DNA of 64,000 bases, from the NCBI GenBank assembly GCA_028023455.1, contig JAQFVV010000008.1, positions 930,001-994,000 of the forward strand, read 5' to 3'. Below are positions 14,985-25,713 of this stretch, one piece after another. The notes beneath the pieces were generated by a model. The model was not told where the DNA came from, did no database searches, and saw only the letters and a list, made by a program, of their open reading frames with translations. Source of the stretch: Epiperipatus broadwayi. Taxonomy: Eukaryota > Animalia > Onychophora. The stretch's first letter is position 1. Each line of letters begins with the position of its first letter. The position numbers and the translations under genes were made by a program.

Positions 14985-17371
14985 TTTGAAGTAGGTTGCT
15001 TGGTTTCTTGTTCATTAGCTAGAATACTTGCAGTGAGCTGGTTGTCTTTTTGCATTAGGCAGACTTCAGGATCAGTTGATGGGATCCATAATGTTAAATC
15101 TTGGGGGGCTATTTGCCCAGAGGTATTAGCTTCAGGTTGGGTATGATATGAGTTTGATGTATTGTCATTATCTGATTTTAGGGATTCATCTTTCCATTTT
15201 TTATAGTTGGGACTGGCATTGCACTGTATGTCATCAGAGGTTGAGGTGGTCTCATTTGAATCGATATTTCCGCTATTGTTATTGTTGTGAACAAAGGTGG
15301 TGGATTGTGTGTTTCTGTTGCGGCGCTTTTTCCTTTTGCGTGGTGTGGTGAAGGGTTTAGGGACATGGTCAGGCCCAGACTCTGTGAGGCTTGCAGTTTC
15401 TTCTTGCCTAGTTTCAGGATCCATTTCTTCTTGCTCAAAGTCAGAACAAGTGTCTGTTGAAGAGAAATAAGTTTTGCTTGTCTTGTTTTGACATGTTTGG
15501 TGGCATCCCAGTGGGTTGGTGTCTTGGCATTGGTTTTGATCTTTTATGTTGTTTTGATGAGAATCATTTGTTGAATGATTATATGTTTTCAGCTTGATAG
15601 AAGTCTCATGCTCTAAATTTATATCTCGATTATGTTCTATTTCAGGTTTTGTTTGTTGCATGTTTTGTTGTTCTTGTATATGCTCTTCTTTTGAACCACA
15701 CCGATGTGACCGACCCGCAAAGGTACCGCAAGAGGTGCATTGTCTGGATGGGCAGTTGCGCAGCAGGTGTTCCGTCTTCCTGCATTCGAAACATTGCGAT
15801 TCTACTCCCCAGAATGAGATGAAAAGAGGCACTCTTCCAATACGGATTGTGGGGGGGATATCTAATGGCACTATTCCTTTTTTTAATGTAATTCGAAAGT
15901 TTAATGTAATTCGAAAGAGTGCTATGTTTTGCGGAACTTCTTCTTGTATTCCAGGGACCCTAAGATATTTAAAAGAAGTGATTTGCCCATAAGGCATTAG
16001 AAGGTTTTGTAAGTCAGAAATATTGAATCCCAGACCACAATTTTTTACCCTGCCACTTATTGAAGTGTCACGGACTATGTTTGGATTGATGGTAATTAGG
16101 TATCTGTTATCAAGTATCCTATATTTATTTTTAAAAGCTTGTTTTGCCATGATGTTTGTAAATTGGAGGATTATATAACGAGGGTTGGGGTGATATGATA
16201 CCCTTTGAATAACTTTCCAGAGATCTTGGGCTTTTAGCAGGTCGAAGAGTTTACTGGTTGGAAAAGGGAATAATCTTAGTAAGTGGTCTGTAGTGGACAG
16301 AATGAGTGAGGCTTCATCATTGAAGATAGCAAAAGATTTTAGTAATCCTTGTGGCATGGCTTCATTGAATTTGGTAACTGTTTCAGTATAAAGCTGATGA
16401 TTATTGAGTTGGTCATGAGAACTGTTTGATGGCTCATGTATAAACATTCCTGTGTCTGATGCCTCATCCAACTCCCCCATCAACTCAATCAATTGTTGTG
16501 TGGCTTCATTATTGTCTTGCAGATTATTTGAATTGTGTTTTATGTTTCCTGTTACTGATTTGTCATTATTGTTGGATTTTACAATGTTTGCATAAGTGTT
16601 GGCTGTTATATTATCTTTTTGTGTATAATCTGGTTTAGTTATATATCTTTGTGATTGCTTAAATTGTTCATTTGTTGTTTTATTGGAATCGTGATTATCA
16701 TCTTGATGTTTGAAATATCCAATGTTTTGCTTTATTTCAGAGGAAGAGCTGATGTCTGTAGACTCTTCACTACTAGTGTGATCTGGGTTTTTTGTTTTGT
16801 TTTCAGGCACAAGCGTTGATGTGAAACTGGGTTCATAATTTTTTCTCTTGTTCGCGGAAAGATTAATTTGCTTGATAGAACTCTTCATGGTATTGTATTC
16901 TATAACATTCGCATGATTGACGTTAACTGATCGCGTTGTTCTAATTTGAGTTGCTTTTTGCGTATTTTCGCCGCTGCAGATTTTATGTTTGGCTAAAAAA
17001 AATTTTTGTTTTTCATTTAAAGTTGATTTAACAATGTGGTGAGGAGTTAATTCTCCATCAGAAGGGTCTTGTAAAGGGTTTCCTTCTGTTTTAAGTGTTT
17101 TCTCTTTGGTATGAAGAAACTTATCCTTGTCGTTTTCCCTTCGTGTTTGTTTGCCAAGTTTTAACGTTTTATCGTTCAATGCGCTGGTGTTTATTTTAGA
17201 AACACAGCATTTTGCTTTTGATAAATTATCTGATTTGTTTTGCTTTGTTATTGGGAAATTTAAATGTTTATATATTTTTTTCCCCTGACTATCCACTATA
17301 GATTTTTGAAGTAATTCACCCCCCTCTTCCATGTTAGTTGTTGAAGGCTTGGAGCCTTGTAGGCCAGCCAT
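14969..17371 (-). CDS. LINE ORF1, 800 aa: low-complexity N-terminus, probable RRM-like region, zinc knuckle CFECRKTEHLLRNC
   Basis: Intact ORF with CX2CX4HX4C plus a second degenerate knuckle. It overlaps the ORF2 start by 16 nt. Confidence 0.9.
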   Translation of the reverse strand: MAGLQGSKPSTTNMEEGGELLQKSIVDSQGKKIYKHLNFPITKQNKSDNLSKAKCCVSKINTSALNDKTLKLGKQTRRENDKDKFLHTKEKTLKTEGNPLQDPSDGELTPHHIVKSTLNEKQKFFLAKHKICSGENTQKATQIRTTRSVNVNHANVIEYNTMKSSIKQINLSANKRKNYEPSFTSTLVPENKTKNPDHTSSEESTDISSSSEIKQNIGYFKHQDDNHDSNKTTNEQFKQSQRYITKPDYTQKDNITANTYANIVKSNNNDKSVTGNIKHNSNNLQDNNEATQQLIELMGELDEASDTGMFIHEPSNSSHDQLNNHQLYTETVTKFNEAMPQGLLKSFAIFNDEASLILSTTDHLLRLFPFPTSKLFDLLKAQDLWKVIQRVSYHPNPRYIILQFTNIMAKQAFKNKYRILDNRYLITINPNIVRDTSISGRVKNCGLGFNISDLQNLLMPYGQITSFKYLRVPGIQEEVPQNIALFRITLNFRITLKKGIVPLDIPPTIRIGRVPLFISFWGVESQCFECRKTEHLLRNCPSRQCTSCGTFAGRSHRCGSKEEHIQEQQNMQQTKPEIEHNRDINLEHETSIKLKTYNHSTNDSHQNNIKDQNQCQDTNPLGCHQTCQNKTSKTYFSSTDTCSDFEQEEMDPETRQEETASLTESGPDHVPKPFTTPRKRKKRRNRNTQSTTFVHNNNNSGNIDSNETTSTSDDIQCNASPNYKKWKDESLKSDNDNTSNSYHTQPEANTSGQIAPQDLTLWIPSTDPEVCLMQKDNQLTASILANEQETKQPTSKCHSQ

Positions 17372-19139
17372 GAACGTTAGGAGATGACGTTATTCAACTC
17401 AATCAAGGTGGGATCTAAATCAAGCTTAATGTGAACGTAAATTTTTAAAAAACAAATGTAAAAGTGCAGATTAATAAAATTAGTACTTACAGTCTGTTTA
17501 AAATCATTTTGAGGCGAAATTCCAGATTAAAAGTGAATATTTTATTGTTTCAAAGGTGATATGATTTGAGCAACGACTGGTGTAACTTAATTCTTAAAAG
17601 TTTTGTTCAAAATTATTTCTGGATTATATTTTTATTAAGATTATAATTTACCAGCAAACTTATTTTTCTTCGTTATTTATAAAGAGTGCGAAAAACATTT
17701 GTTTCTTTTTCTTGCCTCTCTAAATAATTCACGTGTCATTTTTAAATATAAAAACTGACTAACATAAATAAAATAAAAGTCCATGCTTACACTTTCTTGT
17801 TTAGTCTTGAGTTTGAAGTCGTATTTGTTCAGACAATTAATTCTCAATATGGTTCTCATTTTCTTTTCTCCTGTAATATGAATTCCAGGAATTTTAGATC
17901 AATGGAAAAATAGTGAAGAAATATATACAAGGAGTAAAATTTCTTATTCCATGTTTTTAAATACATACCTCCCTGTAATCTTCTTCAATTAAATTCCAAT
18001 GTTACAAATTTTTCAGCTCTTTCTTTCTTCTTTAATTTTATAGGTGTTACATATTGAAGTCCTTTTTATTCTGACTTTGTTTCTTGATACCCCTCCCCCC
18101 CACAAACTATGTTAAGTTATTTATACCTTGTATTACATTGGATTGTGGTATAATTAAAATCAACCAATAACATGATAATGTGCATATAATTAATATTACT
18201 CCATCTACCTTCATTTTTGACAACTACCCAGAATATTCAATACTGTTTTAATTCAGTATAAAAATATGCTTAAAGAATTGACTACAATTATTCATTTACA
18301 AGATTTATAAATTTAATCTTTCCAATTACTATTCAATAATAATAAAATAGCAAGCATATTTATACCCTCAAATTATTACTACTACTGTTAAATTATCATT
18401 TTATCACTATTGACAGCTGACAATGGATAGGAAATCTCTTCTACACTCAAGCAGATTTTCTAGTGTATCTGGAACAGTCTCTATTTAAAGTTATTTATTA
18501 AGCTATTAATGCCAGATATATCTTTAAGATTCAAAATTTTGGACTATTTAATACAGTGGCCTAAATAAAAGGTCACAATATATATGCATAGAACAATCCA
18601 TAATTAAAAAAATTATTTTTAAAATAATTAAATAAAAGTATTAAATACATTAACTATGAATAGAAGTAAATATATTTTGCAACATTATAAAATATTTAGC
18701 ATAATTCTTAAAATGAAAATGTTTTATCTATTTTCACAATTAAAATAAATAAATAAATAAAAATATTAAAATTTACGCATCTGACATTCTACAAGTTAAA
18801 AGATTTATTAATACTGTGATGAGATCATAACATTTCAATGTAAATATACACTAAATAAAAATTAAATTTTATTTGAAAATAGATTTTTATTTTAGAATAT
18901 ATAAACTACTTCTTAAACTATATGAAGACACATATACTATCTTCAATGTATTTTTTCAATAGTACCAAAATACTGTTCAATACTATTTTGAAAATATAGT
19001 AAGAATGAATATAATATATATTTTTAATGGACAGTAGGTATATTTTGTTTTCTATTCAACAATGAAAAACCATCAAAAAATAAATTTAAAACTTATAGTC
19101 AAATAAAAAAATAGAGTCATAGATCACAAGACCCCATTC

Positions 19140-19520
19140 TTTTAAGCTTGTAAGATATAAACAATGAGCATTGCCAATTACTCAACAAGTTTTGTGATAA
19201 ATGCTTAGCCAGAGAAAGCATTTAAAATATTTCTGTCAGGAACCCCTACCCCAAACCTCTGACCAATGGTTTCATGCTTTGGCACTCCTCAGAGGTGGTA
19301 GGATAGCTTCAGACACTAGATCTAAAAATACCAACACAAAGCCAGCATTTATCTAAAAGTTATCTATTGAGTGAAAAATCTGAAAATTTCAGACACCTAC
19401 ATGTCTTCAAACCCAGCTATCCAACTCAAATAGCTATATGGGGCTGAGAGATCTTCAGCCAACCATATATTAGTAGACTTAGCAATACAACATCGCATAA
19501 GACTTAAAGCAGAGACTATA
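19140..19520 (-). mobile_element. Dispersed copy related to the 375-bp hammerhead-containing repeat (family A)
   Basis: Colinear similarity to 45356-45690 (e.g. CCAGCATTTATCTAA, AAAATCTGAAA.TTTC). Confidence 0.75.
19245..19302 (-). ncRNA. Type I hammerhead ribozyme motif
   Basis: Minus strand reads CCTACCACCT-CTGAGGA-GTGC(CAAA)GCAT-GAAA-CC(ATT)GG-TC/AGAGG...GGTAGG. All core nucleotides and the GUC site are present. Confidence 0.8.
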
Positions 19521-19603
19521 AATAGTCAAATAATCTAACAACTATTGTATATATAAATAAATATTTATATATTAAAAATACTGAATTCAGTTTTGTTACT
19601 TAC

Positions 19604-19734
19604 TTTTGCTTTTTTGATAAAATAGCATTGGTTTCTGAAATTCTAGAAGTTTTTTGATGATGTATCATTATCATTAAATCTACCAGTGATACATTTGATT
19701 CTGCAGCACATTTCTTTAAGTGAACTTTTCTCAT
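19604..19734 (-). CDS. SLX4: SLX4 exon completing UBZ4-2 (MRKVHLKKCAAESNVSLVDLMIMIHHQKTSRISETNAILSKKQ)
   Basis: Acceptor ATTTAG| and donor AA|GTAAGT. HLKKCA matches human SHLKQCA. The next exon was not found in the window. Confidence 0.88.
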
Positions 19735-21619
19735 CTAAATTATATATATATATATGTAAACAAATTAATTACATAAATAAAAATTCATCTAAACAAAAGC
19801 AATTCATGCAACTACATTAAAAAATAGTTTGCTAAGACAATAAATTAATAATACAAATTATGTTCCATAAGTAAAAAAAAATTTAACATTTTTGGAAACT
19901 TTAAATTATCAAAGAGCTTTTTCTTTAAAAAAAAACTATTTCCATATGTAATAATCATTACATTGCTGGTTCTGATAAAATATCTACTACAACATTAATA
20001 TAATGATATCTAATAATATGTGAATAGCACTGTATAAAAATTTACTTGTACTCACCAGAGGTTTTTTTTTTTTTTTTGAGTAAATAGAAAAATCTTACGT
20101 TGACACATTCTTGCTTAATTCTGATGAACTTAACATTCTATAAAATATAATTTCTATAATATTTTGAAAGTATTTCTTTAATATATTTGCTTTTTTTAAA
20201 ATTTCATTCAACAACTGAAAGTTTTAAAGAGTACAAAAATTTAATCCTAATCTTCTACAGGAATCTCTTACTATTATCTTGAATTTATCATAAGTTTGAA
20301 CTCAAAGAAAATCAGTTGTGGTAATTAAATACTGATTATTTTTGAGCAGACTACTTATAAGGAATAAGTCAACAAAATTTATTTATTTTCTGGTTTGAAT
20401 AGCCATAAGCACATTAAATTAAGTTAGTAAATCTTATAAAATTGGACTTAAATCAGATATGTTGCCCTTATAATTGACTTTTTTTTTTTATTGTTCTTCG
20501 TAGCTTTTAATCAATAATATCATCTAAATTAATCATTATTTCAATTGCAATTTCTCATGAAGGAATAAAAGCATATGCGGTTTGAGATTACTTAATTGGT
20601 AAATCTTTATATTTATCTAATTAGCAACTACAAATAATATAGAGAATTTTCCACATTCTAAATATTTGAATGCTTATTCTTTAAGACAAACAAAAAAAAA
20701 AAAGTGTATAAAAAATGGGATGACCTTAACTGTTATATGTAAAGGTGAAACAAAAAAAGTCCACAAATTTGATGTCAAGAGGGTTTTCACAATGTTGACA
20801 AAATAAATAATAAAAGATAATTACAGAATAAAAAGTGTTGAAAATTATTTTCTTTTGATGATGAGTAAATTTTTTTATTTCAGAAAGTTCTCGGCTTACT
20901 CTGTAAGCATTGTCAATCCACTTTTGACGAATCATGAGAAAGTCTCTTAAAAAAAATACATTTAATAGTATTTTATTTGAAACAGTTTTTAAGATGAATT
21001 GTATACAAGGGTTAGAAATTAGTTCTTTAGCACTATAACCATTATAAAAATTCTCACAATAAATTTTTAACATTGTTGTGTGTATTAAATAGCAATGATG
21101 TTGGAAGATAAATTTGAAATAAAACATTACAGTTGACATACAAGCAGTAAATTCATTATGATCAATTTGTTTCACAATTTCTAAAAGAATTGCCTCTTAT
21201 AAAGTTTCCAGTATAAATGATTTATATGTTTGAAAGAACCATATTTCCTTTCATTTAAATGAAAGATACAACAATTAAGTAAATTTTTAATTTCTGAAGT
21301 CATGAGCAAAAAATTATCTTCATATTGACGCACCCCAAAACTTTTTCAAAGGTAGAGAAGATATATTAATAAAGATTCATAAACTGCTAATGTTTTTAGT
21401 AACTTCATTTTTCTATTAATTTTTTCATGACATGTTTCTTCTTACTAATTAGATTGTTGCTAAGTATTAACTTTAACAATATTAATAAAATTTAAAAAGT
21501 CTATGAGTTCCCTCACTAATATCATTTTTGTCTACTTACTGAATTAAACAAGAATCAAGGAACCAAATTTCATCAATTTCTATATAATTCATCCATAAAT
21601 AATTTCCACACATAAATTA

Positions 21620-23030
21620 AATGCCAAAAACAGAATTTAAATACAATATATATTTTTTTATTTAATAGAATTGAGCCAATTATACTTTTGAAACTTTTGC
21701 ATCATATTCATGGCTATTCTCCTGGGAAGACTCACGCTAAATTGAATACTGTTCAATCTTTGGTTCATTACATATTCATCTTGTGCCTCCTTAATCTTGC
21801 ACTGCCTGCCATTTCTTTCCTCACACAATAATTGGATCAAAGTTGTGGTCTGTGTTCTCTTTCATAGTTGTAAAAAACTTATGTGTTGGTATAATTGGAC
21901 TTCGCTTTTGACTTTTTATACATTAAAGCATGTTGTGTGACTTGCTTTTATATTAGCTTTGGTTTCATTGCAGTATGTATATGGACAACTCTTTTGGCTC
22001 TATCTAATGGCATAAATGACATTAGGCTTATCCAGTTTATGAATTTGGTCCTTCATATTGTTGAAGAGTTTGTTTAGATTGGGTATTCTGAAACCTACAT
22101 TAAATTTGTCGGAGCATAACTTTGCAATTTTATTTGCTGTTTGTGGTAACTGTGGTAGAACAATCCAGCTTTTACTGTTTATATTTACTATTTTGTGGGA
22201 GATATTTCTTTTGAATTGTTTTATGTATGTCTGTTATAATGTATCCAGCTTTCATCAAATCAGCAATGTAAGTCTCTAAATTTTTTGTCAGACTCAAATT
22301 GACATAAGTAATTATTGCAGTACAATATGTCTGTTATAATGTATCCAGCTTTCATCAAATCAGCAATGTAAGTCTCTATATTTTTTGTCAGACTCAAATT
22401 GACATAAGTAATTGTTGCAGTACAATGCCACTGGATCCAGCCAAAAGAGCTGTCCATGTATATACTATGGTGAAATGAAGACTAACCTAAAAGCAAGAAT
22501 CACAAAACACCCTGCAATGTATAAAAACGTAAAAGCAAAGTCCAATTATACCAACACATCGTACTTTAAAATCATGAAGAGGAAATGGACACAGGTTTGA
22601 TCCAAATATTATTAAAATAACATGTGAGGAAAGAAAGAAGAATAAAATTAAGGAGACATGATCCATTGCACAAATTAAATATGTAATAAACCAAAGATCG
22701 AACACTATAATGCATATTTTTAATGGCGCAGTTCTATTCAGAACTATGGTTCTGGCAGCAATCTGCCAAAAGTGCATTTAAGACTTTATTAGCTTTATTT
22801 TACCTTTTCATATTAACTTGAACAGTACAAGTTAGGTAAAATTATATAATTGTATAAAAAATGTATATACTATTAAAAAGTATTCAAATAAGCAAGACAT
22901 GATCTTGCCGGCAGAATAACCATGAATATGATGCAAAAACTGCAAAAATATACTCAGCTCATATAATTCTTTTAAATAAAAAAATATATATTTAAGCTCT
23001 GTTTTCAGCACTTTATATTAGTATTAACAA
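21620..23030. mobile_element. Penelope-like element 3' region (GIY-YIG) in head-to-head inverted arrangement
   Basis: Minus frame gives WIVLPQ...KDQIHKLDKPNVIYAI...CPYTY..ETKANIKA and EERNGRQCKIKEA; plus frame gives CPCIYYGEMKTNLKARITKH. 21875-22010 and 21630-21730 recur inverted at 22435-22560 and 22915-23000. Confidence 0.8.
22227..22426 (+). repeat. 100-bp tandem duplication at the PLE inversion junction
   Basis: Two near-identical units starting ATGTCTGTTATAATGTATCCAGC at 22227 and 22327. Confidence 0.95.
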
Positions 23031-23059
23031 TGGCAGAGTACTAAGATATGTATATATAT

Positions 23060-25713
23060 TGTAACCAGTTGACTACATGGCTGACCTAAAAAAAAAAATT
23101 AGATAGTTGGCAGCATGTTCCTCAGGTTTAGGTATAGAATTATTTAATTAATAGGAAAAATATTTAATTTTCCTATACATATGTAATGGATCTTTATTTA
23201 ACAAAATATTTTAAGTCCCAATATAATAGTATGAGAATTTTCAAACATTAAATTTGTTAAATAATAATATGATTTTAATTTGAGAATATTTTAATAAAGA
23301 GTTATAAATGATTGTGGAGGGGAGAGAGAATTGTGAAAGAGTGTAATCAAGTTGTTTTTTTTACTCTTTCTCTCACAATTAATTGTTTTAATTTAAACTT
23401 TGAAAATGTACTAAGAGAAAACAAAACAAAAAAATAATAATTTCCTTTTTTTTTGTAACTTATTTAATAAATATTAATTTTAACCTTTTTAGAAAGATAA
23501 ATTTTAATGTTTAAGAGTATTTTAAAAGAGAAAAGAAAAAAAAAAAACAAATTAAGATTTTAATACTTTAGTAAATTTTATTTTTAATCAGTTATTTTTC
23601 AATGTCTATGATTAAGAAAGGAATAACTGAACAATTATATTTATAAAAATGTATCAATTGGTTGTTATGAAAATTATCATGTAAGAGACAGATTATAATC
23701 GGCTTGGGGGTAAGACTGTTCTAGAAAAAAACAAATAATGCAAGTGTAAATAAATCATAAGACCCAAGTATCTGGGGAGAAGAGAATTCCTAATTTGGCT
23801 GTTGAAGTGAATGGTCAAGTTTTAATTCAGCTGATAAAGAACAAAGAAGGAAAGATCTTCACCAAACTGTTGCCAGCAGAAATTTTTTGACTAAGCTACT
23901 ATATAGTATAACAGAAATTTTAAACTTTTAGCATCCTATGAGTTTAGGCATAAAAATGGTTTGTACAATGAAAATCATGTGCTAAATTCAGCTAAAAGTT
24001 AGACATCATTCTTCCTCCATGTGATCTACCTTCACTAGAATAAAAATGTAGAGGAAGGTACCCCCCCCCCCAAGTGATCTGTAACCTTGCCTTCAATCAA
24101 AAGAATGAGTCTTAGACTGTGTCAGACTCACCTGGAAATTCAAGAAGAAAACCCCAATGGACAAAATTTGCTATTTTTGTTTAACCTGGAATTACTGCAG
24201 ACCAAGAAAAGGACAAATTAACCATGCACATGTCTAGAAGCTTTCAAGGAGAAAACTAAATTGGAAAAAAAAACAACTAGAAATTACAACTGGAAAGGAT
24301 TCCATAAACAATAAAGCCATGATTATAGGTATTGTGTGTGAATTGTATTTTTATTAATAGAATAACTTTTTGTTTCATAAAATTAATATTTTTTTATGTT
24401 TATTAATAATTTTAAATACTTTCATTAAATGTTTTCAAATTGTGAAACATCTTTTTCCTAAAACCCAGACAATTTTCTCTTCCAAATTATGAAATAGTGT
24501 TTTAAAAAAATCTGTTGGAAATTTAATTTTATTGAAACCTGTTTTTACCCTTTTCATTCATTTTCCCTCTTTAAAAAAAAGAAGGGGGGGGGGGGGTAGT
24601 TAAGCTGAATCAAAGATTGTTTATCTTTGATTTTGGAAAATATTGTTTACCAAACTCTTAATCATTTAAAAAAAAAAACTTTAAATCAATTTAAAGTTAA
24701 CCAATGAATAAAAACTCAATTGATTGGTTAATATAATTTTTGTGAAAATATATTTTTTTGATGAAATGGGCATTTGAAATTGCATACTATCATGTCATTT
24801 TTTATTACTATTAATCGATTAGATATTAAATAATTGTTTTTAAAAAACATTTTTGTCTTAATTTCTTTATTCTATCCAATTTCTGTTTCATAAATTGCAG
24901 TATGTGTGATCTTATTTCATGACAGCTTAATGTTCTAGGATTTTTTTTATGATCCCAATAAAACTACTTATAATAGAGTAAGCCTATGAATTATTTAAGG
25001 TTATTTATAATAAGCTGTTTTATTCATTTATTTCTCTTGCTCACAGTAATAATTTATAATGTTCTTGCTTCCTGAGCTAAATTTGTGCATGACAGCTATA
25101 ATGGGGTAGGGATATATTTAGTGTTATGGGATATCCACATGGTGATGATCTTGGATTAGCATAAAGGGAATATCCTTTAAAGTCCATGCATTACATTTTA
25201 TTTAGTTTGGTATTGGCCAGTACCTTAAAGGTACTAAGTGGCCAGAATATTGATGATGATCAGCATGTTTTAGTATTCCAGCATTATTTGTTTTACTGTT
25301 GTTATTCTTATGGATTAGCACTTACATTTGTGTATCCAAATTACGGTTTAAATAATCTGCTCCAAGCTAGCAAGGGCTAAATAATTATCCTGGTCTATAG
25401 CAGATCCATTTTAAATCCAGTTACCAGATCGACTGTTGATTTATTTTTATTCTTAATCACTCATGATGATGAATGGTTGTTACTTTTGTGTAATGATGGT
25501 GAATTTATAGTTAGCTGTGCATATTTCTCAGAGTGATCTCTCATGCTCATTCCTTTTATATATAATTTTATATTTTGTTTATTTGGGGATAATGGGTTCC
25601 CATCTCATAATTATCTCCTAATGTAGTGTACTGTTACAAATAATTACCCAATTATGGGACATTGTAACCACAGCTTCTTTTTTTATTAACCCCCTATTTT
25701 CCATAGCGTTACA
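23060..25713 (+). mobile_element. 2.65-kb TGTAAC...GTTACA element in a (TA)n tract, solo-LTR-like
   Basis: Terminal inverted hexamer with ATATATAT on both flanks; no ORF; donor-like AG|GTATTG at 24329. Confidence 0.7.

Larger units (their letters stand above)
11382..17430 (-). mobile_element. Near full-length L1/Tx1-clade non-LTR retrotransposon
   Basis: ORF1 with CCHC knuckle, ORF2 with APE endonuclease + RT + C-terminal CCHC, about 330-nt 3' UTR, and an A13 tail (T run at 11382-11394). The 5' end is approximate and no TSD was found. Confidence 0.93.
5193..18577. mobile_element. Large TGTAACC...GGTCACA-bounded element inserted in a (TA)n tract (about 5 kb once nested elements are removed); long-LTR-like
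   Basis: It interrupts the gypsy-1 5' LTR. The left flank ...GTTACACTAAATATATATAT and right flank ATATATATGCATAGAACAATCCA rejoin to match the intact 3' LTR at 901-941. Confidence 0.8.
355..18600 (-). mobile_element. Decayed full-length Ty3/gypsy LTR retrotransposon (about 4.9 kb of its own sequence) carrying a 13.4 kb nested insertion in its 5' LTR
   Basis: Paired diverged LTRs (355-941; 4807-5192 + 18578-18600), PBS, PPT, and gag/protease/RT/integrase remnants. Confidence 0.9.

Noticed and set aside
11925-15992. Plus-strand ORFs of 67-132 aa over the LINE, and short alternate-frame minus ORFs
   Set aside because: Antisense or out-of-frame shadows of LINE ORF1/ORF2 with no motifs of their own.
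20099-20137. 39-nt frame-preserving cassette with good splice sites (NVKFIRIKQECVN)
   Set aside because: Inclusion would insert 13 aa between the zinc ligands of UBZ4-2. Treated as a chance or cryptic exon without transcript evidence.
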